Assembly: GCA_000405685.1 (NCBI GenBank)
Contig: ASPF01000013.1
Location: forward strand, 11,055-75,054
DNA: 64,000 bases
Source: Candidatus Geocrenenecus sp. JGI 0000106-J15
Lineage (GTDB): Archaea > Thermoproteota > Nitrososphaeria_A > Caldarchaeales > Wolframiiraptoraceae
Direction of reading: 5' to 3'
A program made the translations under genes and the position numbers. How positions within the stretch are numbered: the stretch's first letter is position 1; the number at the start of each line of letters is the position of its first letter. Shown here one piece after another: positions 28,614-38,285 of this stretch. The notes under the pieces were generated by a model. The model made no database searches. It saw nothing but the letters and a program-made list of their open reading frames with translations, and was not told where the DNA came from.

Positions 28614-28881
28614 GCATTTTCAGCTACTAGCTTTCCTATTAACATCTGCTAGAGGATGCATCGATGAACCTCCAATATACGGTCCTCTAAGATTAATCGA
28701 TGCAGCTGAAAAACTCATAAGCATATTAATGGAAAAGTATAGAGGAGAATCAACAGAACTTAAAGAAATAAGAAATAAGATAGAAAAAGCGAGAAACCTA
28801 GTCTTAACAAATGAAGAGGAATTCATAAAAACATTAGATGATCTTGTAGTAAGTCTTTCAAAAATAATCAAGAAAACATAA
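28585..28881 (+). CDS. Hypothetical helical protein
   Basis: ORF overlapping the end of the nitroreductase gene; no confident family assignment. Confidence 0.35.
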   Translation: MHMEKILEDKHFQLLAFLLTSARGCIDEPPIYGPLRLIDAAEKLISILMEKYRGESTELKEIRNKIEKARNLVLTNEEEFIKTLDDLVVSLSKIIKKT

Positions 28882-29003
28882 TAAAATATGGTGAGTGGCC
28901 TAGAGGGATTGACACATATACTTAACAATGCTTGAACTACTTGAACACAGGTGACCTGACCTTCTTTATCACATACGCGGATCATTACACGACGAGGAAG
29001 AAA

Positions 29004-29300
29004 ATGTTATTCATGGCTTATTGGGAACTGAACCCTCAAAAAGACATTAGAGAAGTAGGGAAAGTAGCAGCTGAATTAAGAAAATCTGGAAAATGGCCTG
29101 TTGACGGAGTGAAGATTGTATCATGGTATATGACGCCGAGTACTCCCTTCTGGGGTACTATAGTGTATGAAGCTGAAAATGAAGAATCAGTATTTAAGAA
29201 TCTTCTAGCTTGGCTAAACGCTATGCCAGGCATATTCACTACCTACAAAATCGCACCCGTTCTACCAGTAGAGAAAGCAATACCTCTAGCACTCTTGTAA
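29004..29300 (+). CDS. Small conserved protein (DUF3303-like, tentative)
   Basis: ATG at 29004 preceded by GAGGAAG. MLFMAYWELNPQ... is reminiscent of DUF3303. The track ORF starts further upstream, at 28932. Confidence 0.4.
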   Translation: MLFMAYWELNPQKDIREVGKVAAELRKSGKWPVDGVKIVSWYMTPSTPFWGTIVYEAENEESVFKNLLAWLNAMPGIFTTYKIAPVLPVEKAIPLALL

Positions 29301-29324
29301 CCGAAGAGTGCAACCACCTTTTTT
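29289..29324 (+). terminator. 8-bp hairpin spanning the stop codon, followed by a T6 tract
   Basis: GCACTCTT-gtaaccg-AAGAGTGC (29289-29311), then aaccacc and TTTTTT (29319-29324). Confidence 0.35.
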
Positions 29325-29639
29325 ACTAGAGAGTGTACAACTTATTTTTAGAGTTTAGAAAGAAGACTTAGCTTGTTATATGCTGGTCATCCAAGTCTAA
29401 ATATGGGGATGGTTCACAAGGAAGCGAAGAAGAAAGCTATAGCAAACATAAGCAAAAACTTTACTCTAGTGAATAACATTCTTTATACATGTTTCTCTGA
29501 TCAGAAACTCAATCAAATACGAGTTCCTAATTTTTTCTGCTTTAGCAATATCAGATATTTCGACTTTTTCTTCTAGAGTTAATTTTGCGCATTAAGTTAA
29601 TTCCCCCACCTAACTGTTGCATGAAGTAATATATTTGCT

Positions 29640-30640
29640 CGTCCAGATCTTCAACTTAAATAGCATTTGATAGAAGCTCACTCAATAACAGGTTTAATTT
29701 TGTTTTGACTATAAGGTATAAGGCTCTGATATTTCTCAACCTTTCCAACTCAGATCGAAAATGTATCTTCCCGATAACTATATTTAAATTCTTAAGATGC
29801 TATTCTACCCATCCTCTAGCTGAAGATATTTCCTTCACTCTATTGGGAAGCATATAAATTGGTCTTTTTCCCTTTGTAGATTTTTGTCAACTCTCTTAAA
29901 ACTAATAAGCGTAGTTCTTGATTGAAAGTCGACTTTCCTGAAATTTTTAGATCCTTAACTATTAGAAGGTCTTTTAAAGCCCGATGAAGCCCTTCATAAC
30001 TTGCAACTCCATCTATCCTTATCCATACCTGAAATATTTGGCAAAATAGTTTTCTGATTCATTTCTAGGCTCTGTTAGATTCGGGATCTCAAGACTGTGG
30101 CCCATCTTACTATTCTCAGCTGGAATCATGATAAAGCCTCGTCCAAGGCATACATGCTCACGTCTAATGCTGAAGCATTCGCTAAGCCTCACACCTACTA
30201 GGGCCACATCATTATTGCTTAACGCCTCTGTGAGAAGTTAGAACTCACTACGAGCTTCTATAGCTTTGATGGGCCTGGAGCTCTATCAATTCTTGCTCTC
30301 CCCGTTCCTTCTAAGAATCTTGAGCTTCTTAGAAGGGACCTCTACTTCATGATATGAGAAGAAACTTCTAACTAGATATACTTCGAACTGAAGTATCTTG
30401 AGACCTGCTTCATAAATAAGCTTGTTTCTCTATCGCTGAAGCAAATTTATAAGGGTTTCAACGTCTACTGATAACAGATCATCAATCTAGTTTAAACTTA
30501 GATCATTACCCATACAATCTAGAACCTTGATTAGCGAATAATGTCTCCGCTCTCTAATAATGATTGATTAAACTCTAAATACTGCTTGAGACTCTTATCA
30601 AGCTGTGAGCTGTCTAATGCTCCGCCTCCCTAGAATCATA
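29640..30640 (-). pseudogene. Degraded tyrosine recombinase (integrase) gene; boundaries are approximate
   Basis: The best-preserved piece (30019-30207) reads ALVGVRLSECFSIRREHVCLGRGFIMIPAENSKMGHSLEIP, which is box I (Arg) plus the K-beta-hairpin region. Downstream pieces in other frames include GKIHFRSELERL (box II-like). Several in-frame stops and frame changes are present. Confidence 0.5.
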
Positions 30641-30689
30641 TCTAATACGGATAAAGAAATACCTAAATATGCTATTGAGCACCGTGGAT

Positions 30690-30789
30690 GGGCCCGTAGC
30701 TCAGCCAGGATAGAGCACCGGAAGAAGCTTTCTAGCTTCTGGTGAAGCTTTTAACCCGGGGGTCGCGGGTTCAAAGCCCGCCGGGCCCG
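30690..30789 (+). tRNA. tRNA-Lys(UUU) with a 25-nt intron (30722-30746) at non-canonical position 30/31
   Basis: The exons give GGGCCCG/TA/GCTC-AGCCAGGATA-GAGC/A/CCGG^G-CTTTTAA-CCCGG/GGGTC/GCGGG-TTCAAAG-CCCGC/CGGGCCC/G. The intron is flanked by a perfect hBHBh' motif (see finding). Confidence 0.85.
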
Positions 30790-31138
30790 TATACTAATTA
30801 ACATATTTCCCTGCAGTAAAGAATAGTTGAGTAGAATTTTATCTAAAGTGTGCGTATTTTTCTTTATATGATAACTGTAACCTTGATGATTTCTTGCTTT
30901 AGGACTGTTTTGAACATATAGATTAAAGGACGCTATCTTTCTAAGTATTTCTAACCTAAGCCAAGATAACATGAAGAATGTGGTCCATGTTCATCTAGCC
31001 TATTAGAGGAGATCTCTATAAACCGTAAACCAGCCACTAAGCATAAGATAGGTCTCATGTAACTCTTCATGAGATGGGTTGATTATTACATATAGAAAAC
31101 TTCTATTATGTAGCTCTCTTAGAAAAGTAAGTCTTAAA

Positions 31139-31212
31139 CGCCCTGGCCGGGATTTGAACCCGGGTCTGCGGCTCGACAGGCCGCCATACTAACCGGACTA
31201 TACTACCAGGGC
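31139..31212 (-). tRNA. tRNA-Asp(GUC)
   Basis: The reverse complement is GCCCTGG/TA/GTAT-..-GTAT/G/GCGGC-CTGTCGA-GCCGC/AGAC/CCGGG-TTCAAAT-CCCGG/CCAGGGC/G. Confidence 0.95.
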
Positions 31213-31506
31213 TCAATTATTTGTTATAGATGGCTATTTATCAACCTTATGTAGCCTATGGATTTCACATGTTGCTGATTAATAGGCTTTATCAAGCGTG
31301 GTAATTAATTCTCTCTTAGTCTTAACTACGGTGTCAGTCTTCATTATGGAGGGACTATCTATTTGATATAAGAAGTCTTGTTAAGATTTTAAAGACTAAT
31401 TCAGAAATGTGAATAAATAGGAGGCAGTAGTAAGTACAGTAAGAAGTTCTGATGACAAATAGTCGACTTATCTAGAATTTCTGCCTACAAGGTAGCAAGC
31501 CTTTGT

Positions 31507-31926
31507 TTATGTTCTATGATCAGCTTTTAGCTTTAGTTTAGCTATTGTTGAGAGATCAATCTTTTTCCTATTCTTAAGGATAACATATTTCTCATTAGCA
31601 ATTTTCTTAGCTGCTTCATAGATGAACGACTCTATCCTTATCTCATCATAAAGAATTTTGTATCCAGCTACTAGTCCTGAAGCTAGGCCTCCAGGCTCTA
31701 AATTCTCTTTAAAAGATTCTTCATCTAAGACTATTATATCAATTAGGGTCTTGGCCTGAAAATCCTTAAGGTTTTTGAGAATCTCGATCTCTAAATTAGT
31801 CTTCTCTTTTACATCTAGAAGTTTATCAACGATAATCAGTATGTCTAAGTCTCTTGCTTTCACTGGATTATACACACTACTCCCAAATATAGCTATCGTT
31901 CTAAGCTTCTTTGAATAAGCTGCCAC
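31507..31926 (-). CDS. Minimal nucleotidyltransferase (MNT) domain protein, partner of the upstream HEPN gene
   Basis: IAIFGSSVYNPVKARDLDILIIVD (GS...D.D polbeta-NTase motif). GTG start 13 nt after the HEPN stop. Confidence 0.75.
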   Translation of the reverse strand: MAAYSKKLRTIAIFGSSVYNPVKARDLDILIIVDKLLDVKEKTNLEIEILKNLKDFQAKTLIDIIVLDEESFKENLEPGGLASGLVAGYKILYDEIRIESFIYEAAKKIANEKYVILKNRKKIDLSTIAKLKLKADHRT

Positions 31927-31939
31927 GACATTCTTAATC

Positions 31940-32467
31940 TTAGATAATATTTCTTCTTCTAAGATAATTTCCCACCACTTCTACTGTTCTCTCTGCTAGG
32001 CTTAAACCCTTTTCTGCGATTTCCTTTGTTACGACGTCTTCAGGTCCTATAACTTCTCCTCTTAATAGGAAAGGATATCTGGACCTAGTATAGTATTCCG
32101 TCAAATATTCTAAGGCTCCTAAAATCTTTTCAAATTCATCCTCCCACTCATTTTCAAATACGTCAACGAATATGCTTATAAGCTCTGGACCATGATTATA
32201 GATGACCCGTCTCTTTGCTTCCAACATAGCCTTAACACTTTTCTCAACAGTTTGTTGAGCGTAGAAGACCGCTTGAGGATAATCTTCATATCTTAGAGCT
32301 TTCCTAGCTCTCTCAAGATCTTTCAGAGACTCCATATAGTATTTTTCAGCAAATCTATCGAAGATAGACATGACTCTAGAGTTCTCATATATCATGGTAG
32401 TTAAAAAGATTATGCTTTCGTAAATTTCGCTGGGCATCCTATTCTTAATGACGCATAATATATTCAT
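31940..32467 (-). CDS. HEPN domain protein (module 1)
   Basis: Helical core ...AQQTVEKSVKAMLEA... and YYTRSRYP, paralogous to the other two HEPN genes. The likely true start is the internal Met at 32371 (MSIFDRF...). Confidence 0.7.
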   Translation of the reverse strand: MNILCVIKNRMPSEIYESIIFLTTMIYENSRVMSIFDRFAEKYYMESLKDLERARKALRYEDYPQAVFYAQQTVEKSVKAMLEAKRRVIYNHGPELISIFVDVFENEWEDEFEKILGALEYLTEYYTRSRYPFLLRGEVIGPEDVVTKEIAEKGLSLAERTVEVVGNYLRRRNII

Positions 32468-32874
32468 GGCTCTACCATCTACTCTATTTCAATAACTATC
32501 TTGTTAGCCTGCTATGTCGCTAATAGGATAGAAGAAGCACACCAATAGGTATCACGAAATCATGATATTCAAGATATCTAAAATAATACCATCTAAGTAT
32601 CCTTGAATACGTAGGTCGAATATTAAAGTAACATTGATTAGCATAGACTCACCAGATTTCTTCTTAGGCATATTCAATACAAACTGCATAGTCTATGAGA
32701 GAATACATGGATTAACAACATGGCATTCACATTATAATAGAGAAGAAGAATTAAGAGATGTGCAAGAAAGATAAGACTTCTTGAAGAATTTACAGTCATT
32801 ATTCTTAAATATATTTGTTATATTAATTCCTAGAATTGTTGATTTCATAATTTAACTTCAACATACATGTATTG

Positions 32875-34056
32875 TTAGTCCGCTTTCTCAATCATTATAG
32901 AAGTTGCACCACCCGTGCCATGACAAAGAGCTGCTACACCCCTGAAGTAATTGTATTGTTCCATCGCATTTATTAACGTAGTTATTATTCTTGCTCCACT
33001 TGCACCTAATGGATGTCCAAGAGCGATGGCCCCGCCAAAAATATTTAATCTATCTCTACTTACATCTAATAAATCTTCAAACAATGCCGTGGATACTGCG
33101 AAAGCCTCATTATTTTCAAACAGATCTACCTCTTTAACCGTATACCCTGTTTTAGTTAATAGTTTTCTAACAGCATAGATTGGTGCCTCTGAAAAACGCC
33201 ATGAATCTAATGCGGCCCAGCTATATCCCACTATCTTAGCTCTGGCTCTCAAATTATATTTTCCGATAGCTTCTTCACTTGCTAGTAAGATCGTGGATGC
33301 ACCATCACTAATCTGGCTTGATGTAGCTGCAGTATGTATCCCACCAATGAAGACTGGAGGTAGCTTAGACATCTTCTCTAAAGAAGTATCTGGTCTTATT
33401 CCTTCATCTATCTCCAAGATTATTTTATTATTATTCGTTATGGGAATTATTTCTTTCTTAAAGTATCCATGTTTCGTCGCATTATGGGCTCTCATATGAC
33501 TCTCATAAGCTATCTCTTCCAATCTTTCACGGGTATATCTTCTCTCAGCAGCAACCATGTCTGCTTCCTGTAACATAACTAGACCATTAAAAGGATCTTG
33601 AATACCATCATAGACTAGTGAATCTAATATCTTTAGATCTCTAGTGTAATCGATTCTAACCCCCCATCTATATTGATATGGTATTATGAATGGAGACCTA
33701 CTCATACTCTCCATGCCTCCTGCAATTACTAGGTCGGCATCCCCAGACTTGATGAGTGATGCTCCATTGATAACCGCCATCATGCCTGAAGCACAAACCA
33801 TATCTACGTTAAATGCATCTACATTATTCGGGACCCCAGCCATAATGCTTGCTTGACGTGCAGTATTCTGTCCAGTTCCATCACGGATAACTTGTCCCAT
33901 TACAACAATATTTAAATTCGATGGATCGAGATTGTTCCTCTCAATTATTTTCTTAATTAAGAGAGCACCTAATTCAATAGCTGAAAAGTTCATCAATGAT
34001 CCACCAAACTTCCCTATTGGAGTCCTTATAGCATCAACTATGTAGACATCCTTCAT
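32875..34056 (-). CDS. Acetyl-CoA C-acetyltransferase (thiolase II)
   Basis: The active-site Cys region VDMVCASGMMAV, NEAFA, and C-terminal GHPLGASGARI and CHGTGGA. Confidence 0.9.
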   Translation of the reverse strand: MKDVYIVDAIRTPIGKFGGSLMNFSAIELGALLIKKIIERNNLDPSNLNIVVMGQVIRDGTGQNTARQASIMAGVPNNVDAFNVDMVCASGMMAVINGASLIKSGDADLVIAGGMESMSRSPFIIPYQYRWGVRIDYTRDLKILDSLVYDGIQDPFNGLVMLQEADMVAAERRYTRERLEEIAYESHMRAHNATKHGYFKKEIIPITNNNKIILEIDEGIRPDTSLEKMSKLPPVFIGGIHTAATSSQISDGASTILLASEEAIGKYNLRARAKIVGYSWAALDSWRFSEAPIYAVRKLLTKTGYTVKEVDLFENNEAFAVSTALFEDLLDVSRDRLNIFGGAIALGHPLGASGARIITTLINAMEQYNYFRGVAALCHGTGGATSIMIEKAD

Positions 34057-34497
34057 CAGTGAACTACCTAAATATGTCTATGGCAGACTCGATTAATTAG
34101 TATTAGGGTCACATATAAGATCTTCTGTTAGCCTGTGTTAATGTCTTTAAAATAGACAAGTCAAGGTAGAACTTCAGTTGGTTAGGCTCTAGAGTTGCAG
34201 GTCTTTATTAAATATTTAATTTTATGTTATGTTAACCATCTTCACCTATTTTCAGGATCTGGTGGATCATTAACAGTAGGAACCTCGATGAAGCAGGCTA
34301 AAGAACTTTGACGATCAGATTTAAGATATTCTGTTCTCTATTACGTGTTAACTTTAGAATACTCTTCTCAAGATAGGTGGTATGTCTATTATCATTTAAC
34401 TAAATCTACCTTGTTAGCTACCTCTAAACAGATATTAATAAAATTATATTCAGCAAATAGTATTTAAGCATCCTTGATTATGTAAGCAGCAATAGAG

Positions 34498-34905
34498 ATG
34501 GATAAGTTGGAAACTGCTAAGATTCTTGTTGATGAGATTATGACTAGGAATTTAGTTACTGTTACCCTGGGAAGTAGTGTTGAAGATGCTGTAAAGAGGA
34601 TGATTGAATACGATGTTGAATGTCTTCCAGTAATAGATTCTGTAGGTGTTTTGCATGGTTTAATTACATTCAGAGATGTTGTCACAAAGGCTGTACTAAA
34701 GCAGGCGGACATAAAAGAACTTAGAGTTGAAGATATAATGACTAGGAATCCTATAACATGTAGCCCTACATCAACAGTCTTAGAGGTTGTAAAAATCATG
34801 AAGAATAAGCATCTTAGGAGAATCCCAGTAGTAGACTCTAATAATAAATTATTAGGGCTAGTTACAGATTTTGATTTAACATTGTTAGGCTGGGAGATAA
34901 AATAG
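34498..34905 (+). CDS. CBS-domain pair protein
   Basis: Two CBS repeats (IMTRNLVTV...LPVID and IMTRNPITC...IPVVD). Confidence 0.85.
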   Translation: MDKLETAKILVDEIMTRNLVTVTLGSSVEDAVKRMIEYDVECLPVIDSVGVLHGLITFRDVVTKAVLKQADIKELRVEDIMTRNPITCSPTSTVLEVVKIMKNKHLRRIPVVDSNNKLLGLVTDFDLTLLGWEIK

Positions 34906-35046
34906 GTCGACTTCTACGTTATCTTTTTTATTCTACTTTAAGATGCTTCGAGTAGTTTATCTCTGTGAAGACAAAGAGTCTGTTATAATCTACTGGAGAC
35001 TAGGACTTTAAATGTATATGGAATATTGAATAACTTAGAGAACTTG

Positions 35047-35508
35047 TTAACCTTGAGTAGTGAAGGACATGTGATTAGATTTAGTGTTTTTACTGCAAAA
35101 AGCCTTGAGCTTCTCTACTATCTCTCTCGGCAAAGGAATAGCTTGATTCTCTTTAATATTTGCGGAAACTATAACGAAATATCCTTCTGCAGCTTTCTTA
35201 CCGCTTGTAAGATTATTAACAATAAAGCGGTATCGTATCGCTTTCTCTCTAATCTCGTCTATCTGCAATGTTACTTCTATTAAATCATTAAACTTGCATG
35301 GTGAAAGATATCTACAGTATGCTTCAATTCTGGGAAACCATATACCTGAACTAGAAAATGATTGGAAATCTATACCAAGAGAATTATAGAATTCTTCTTC
35401 AGCTCTCTCAAAATATCTAAAATAGTTTGAGAAATGTACTACATTAGCAGCGTCTGTCTCAACCCATGAAACTCTAAACTGGACACTGAAAGACTTCATA
35501 AAGATCAA
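35047..35508 (-). CDS. Acyl-CoA thioesterase, hotdog fold (YbgC/4HBT family)
   Basis: RVSWVETDAANVVHFSNYFRYFERAEEEF is typical of 4HBT. The probable start is at the internal MKSF. Confidence 0.75.
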   Translation of the reverse strand: MIFMKSFSVQFRVSWVETDAANVVHFSNYFRYFERAEEEFYNSLGIDFQSFSSSGIWFPRIEAYCRYLSPCKFNDLIEVTLQIDEIREKAIRYRFIVNNLTSGKKAAEGYFVIVSANIKENQAIPLPREIVEKLKAFCSKNTKSNHMSFTTQG

Positions 35509-35711
35509 ATTATAACTCTACAAAGTTATTATAAGTATTTATCTAGCTCAAATAGACTGGACCGATATAATATAACCTATTATTACAATGCTCAGATGGT
35601 GGTTAAAGATATTTTTCCTCAAGCTTCTCTAGGTCTCTCATAAACATGGGGAAAAAATCTATTAAATACGATTATCAATTATCCTTAGCTTGATTATAAG
35701 GTGTAGATAGC

Positions 35712-35933
35712 ATGAGTGAGGTGCTCAGGAAGATTACGATGTTTAGAGCATATCTACATCAATCTATAGATAAAGAAGTAGAGGTAATTACAGTTAGAGG
35801 TGAGCCGATATACGGAAAATTAATCGGCTATAGCTTAGATTCTGATCCTCCTGTAATAATTATTGAGAATATGAGAGAACGATATTTCATAAACCTTAGA
35901 CATGTTGAGACTATTAGAAGCACAATACAATAA
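35712..35933 (+). CDS. Small protein with an Sm-like/LSm-like pattern (tentative)
   Basis: IDKEVEVITVRGEPIYGKLIGYSLDSDPPVIIIEN...INLRHVETI resembles Sm1/Sm2 spacing. This evidence is weak. Confidence 0.3.
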   Translation: MSEVLRKITMFRAYLHQSIDKEVEVITVRGEPIYGKLIGYSLDSDPPVIIIENMRERYFINLRHVETIRSTIQ

Positions 35934-36140
35934 ACTAGTCTTCTTATCACTCGGCTCAATTCTACTAATTATCTATCAACATTTTTTATATTCTCTCCAC
36001 ATTACTCAGACACATCTTTGTAACATCTATTATCCTGCAATTTTTGGAAGTTATCATGAGAGTTTCCAAGTCTAAACGATTACATTAAGTTCTCACAACA
36101 TTATAAGCTTATCTATATCGTTCTCATTAATAGATTACAG

Positions 36141-37238
36141 ATGAAGATCCTTGTTTTAGGAGGAGCTGGAGATATAGGATCAGCGATTGTAGAAATCCTC
36201 TGCTCATTTAACATTGGTGAAATAATTATCGGCGATATTAATCTAGCTAAAGCTGAAGAAGCATCTAGATCTCTTATATCTAGAGGTTATGAAGTATATA
36301 TCTCTAAGGTTGATGCTCTAAATATTGATTCATTGAGAGAAGCCTCAAAAGGAGTTGAATTAGTTGTTAATGCTGTCGGCCCATTCTATAAGTATGGATT
36401 CAGGATCGCAAAGAACCTAGTTTATACAGGTCTAAACTTCATTGATGTATGTGATGATTATGATGCAGCTCAAGAAATTTTAAACCTTGATGAAGAAGCG
36501 GTCAAGAAACAAGTATCAGGGGTTATGGGTCTAGGATGGACACCAGGCTTATCAAATATTCTTGCTTTAGAAGCTTCAAAGAGAATAGGAGAAGTAGATA
36601 ACATCTATATTTACTGGGTTGGCTCGGCAGCAGATTCAAGAGGGTTAGCTGTAGTAATGCATTTATTCCATGCACTCATAGGTAGGGTTCCCATGTATCG
36701 GGGAGGAGAATACGTCTATGTAGATTCAGGAAGCGGTGGAGTAAATATAGAGTTCCCAAAACCTATTGGGGTCATTAAATTATACTATACTGGTCATCCA
36801 GAACCTATTACAATACCTAGATATATTAAGGTAAAAAATAATGTGACCGTGCATGGTGGACTTGTACCTTCGTGGCAGAATGGTTTAGCTAGGTTCTTAC
36901 TCAAAATCTTAAAGATAGATTCAGATGTCAAGGTTGAAAATCTATCAAGATGGATTCATAGAATTGAGGATATTTTCAGAGCTGGAGGTTTACAGCTTAG
37001 CGCTGTAAAGGTTGATGCAGAGGGAAAAGGCAGGAAGATATCGTTTATATTGATGGATAGAATGAGAAAGTTGACAGCACTGCCAGCAGCTTTAGGAGCA
37101 GTAAAACTCATTAGGGGAGAATTAGATTTTATTGGAGTTAAACCTCCAGAAGCAGTAATCAGAGACTCGAAGCTCTTTCTAGATGAACTCTCTAAACATC
37201 GTATACATATTAGTTGTTCAGAGTTTAGTCTTTCATAA
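36141..37238 (+). CDS. Saccharopine dehydrogenase-like NAD(P)-binding oxidoreductase
   Basis: N-terminal Rossmann fold ILVLGGAGDIGSAI, ~365 aa, and GWTPGLSN, typical of the family. Confidence 0.7.
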   Translation: MKILVLGGAGDIGSAIVEILCSFNIGEIIIGDINLAKAEEASRSLISRGYEVYISKVDALNIDSLREASKGVELVVNAVGPFYKYGFRIAKNLVYTGLNFIDVCDDYDAAQEILNLDEEAVKKQVSGVMGLGWTPGLSNILALEASKRIGEVDNIYIYWVGSAADSRGLAVVMHLFHALIGRVPMYRGGEYVYVDSGSGGVNIEFPKPIGVIKLYYTGHPEPITIPRYIKVKNNVTVHGGLVPSWQNGLARFLLKILKIDSDVKVENLSRWIHRIEDIFRAGGLQLSAVKVDAEGKGRKISFILMDRMRKLTALPAALGAVKLIRGELDFIGVKPPEAVIRDSKLFLDELSKHRIHISCSEFSLS

Positions 37239-37619
37239 TCCATAAACGTTTTCTTCTAGTAAATCTTTTTCTTGCATATTCAATGAGATCCCTGATTCTC
37301 TCACTAGATCTAATGATTATCCCTTCTGTAAGTGCGGAGAGAATTAGAGGATTCATCCTATTTAACATTGATTCAACTTCTTCATAGGTGTAAATGAATA
37401 CATCTGTCCTTGGAATTCCTAACTCAAACGTGATCTTGAATCTATCAAATATATTTATGTTCTTAACCTGATCGCTCACTATCAATAGGTCTAAGTCGCT
37501 CCACTCCCTCCCCCTCTTCTACTCCATGACCCAAAAACCATTACTCCTTCTATCTCGAACACTCTGCTTATCTTCTCAACTAGTTCTTCTATATTTCTAG
37601 TCCAGCTTTCTCTAAGCAT
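37225..37619 (-). pseudogene. MNT nucleotidyltransferase (module 2), interrupted by a 1-nt frameshift in a G-run
   Basis: The ATG at 37619 gives MLRESWTRNIEELVEKISRVFEIEGVMVFGSWSRRGGG..stop. The next frame continues EWSDLDLLIVSDQVKNINIFDR... (track ORF 37225-37485). The junction is at C5/C3 runs, 37506-37514 on the plus strand. Confidence 0.7.
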
Positions 37620-38002
37620 CCTCTCACCCAATTAATTATTCTCCTAGCAGATTCTAATGCTTTCATAGCTGTCGCCTCATCATAGTACATGCCTGGATAT
37701 CCAGACTCGAAAGCATTAGGGTCTCTTGATGGAATGTAATGTCTATCTAGTTCACTGCCCGCGATATATAGTTCCTCATCTACTCTTTCAAGATCTCTTA
37801 CATAGTCTAGTAATTCAGTTATGCTATGTCCCCAACTACTCCTACCATAAACATATAGGAGAGCTTTAACAGCTTTCTCAACAGCTTGCTGAGACTGGAA
37901 ACAACTCCATTCATAATTCTTAAACCTAAAACTATCTTCAGCTGCTTTCAAATCTCTTAGAGACTGTGCAGCCCACCTCTTCGCTTCTTCAAAACGTTCC
38001 AA
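37589..38002 (-). CDS. HEPN domain protein (module 2)
   Basis: EWSCFQSQQAVEKAVKALLY and ELDRHYIPSRDPN; paralogous to 40079-40487. Confidence 0.8.
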   Translation of the reverse strand: MERFEEAKRWAAQSLRDLKAAEDSFRFKNYEWSCFQSQQAVEKAVKALLYVYGRSSWGHSITELLDYVRDLERVDEELYIAGSELDRHYIPSRDPNAFESGYPGMYYDEATAMKALESARRIINWVRGCLEKAGLEI

Positions 38003-38285
38003 GACCTACTATCTATCCTTAGTTAAAGCTTATTTAAGCCATTAATTTTTAAAGAGATGAAAGATAGATAGACATCTACAGATCCTCTTCGAATTGTCAT
38101 AAAATTTGTATTTGTCTAATGGGACACTTAGTTGATAGATAGGCGGTTATCTCTTTAAACTATTCGATTTCTAATTTCAAGTTGTTTGAGGAGATTGTAA
38201 AGTTGTTCTTGGATTTTTGTATAAGTGGCTTATGTAGCAGTTTATATTGTTTGTTTATTCATTAAATGAGTGAAGTGGTGTCAGT

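Noticed and set aside
29373-29576. A 67-aa ORF downstream of the DUF3303-like gene, plus similar short ORFs at 53385-53570, 50180-50368 and 35026-35283
   Set aside because: They have no motifs and low-complexity or odd composition. They are located in decayed or intergenic DNA, or antisense to a supported gene (35026-35283 is antisense to the thioesterase).
30723-30740. Alternative reading of the tRNA-Lys intron hairpin as an anticodon arm (for example Arg UCU)
   Set aside because: The hairpin AGAAGCT-ttct-AGCTTCT has a 4-nt loop (6 nt at most with a shorter stem), not a 7-nt anticodon loop. It also leaves no partner for the CCCGG 3' stem strand. The Lys(UUU) exon model gives a perfect cloverleaf and BHB motif.
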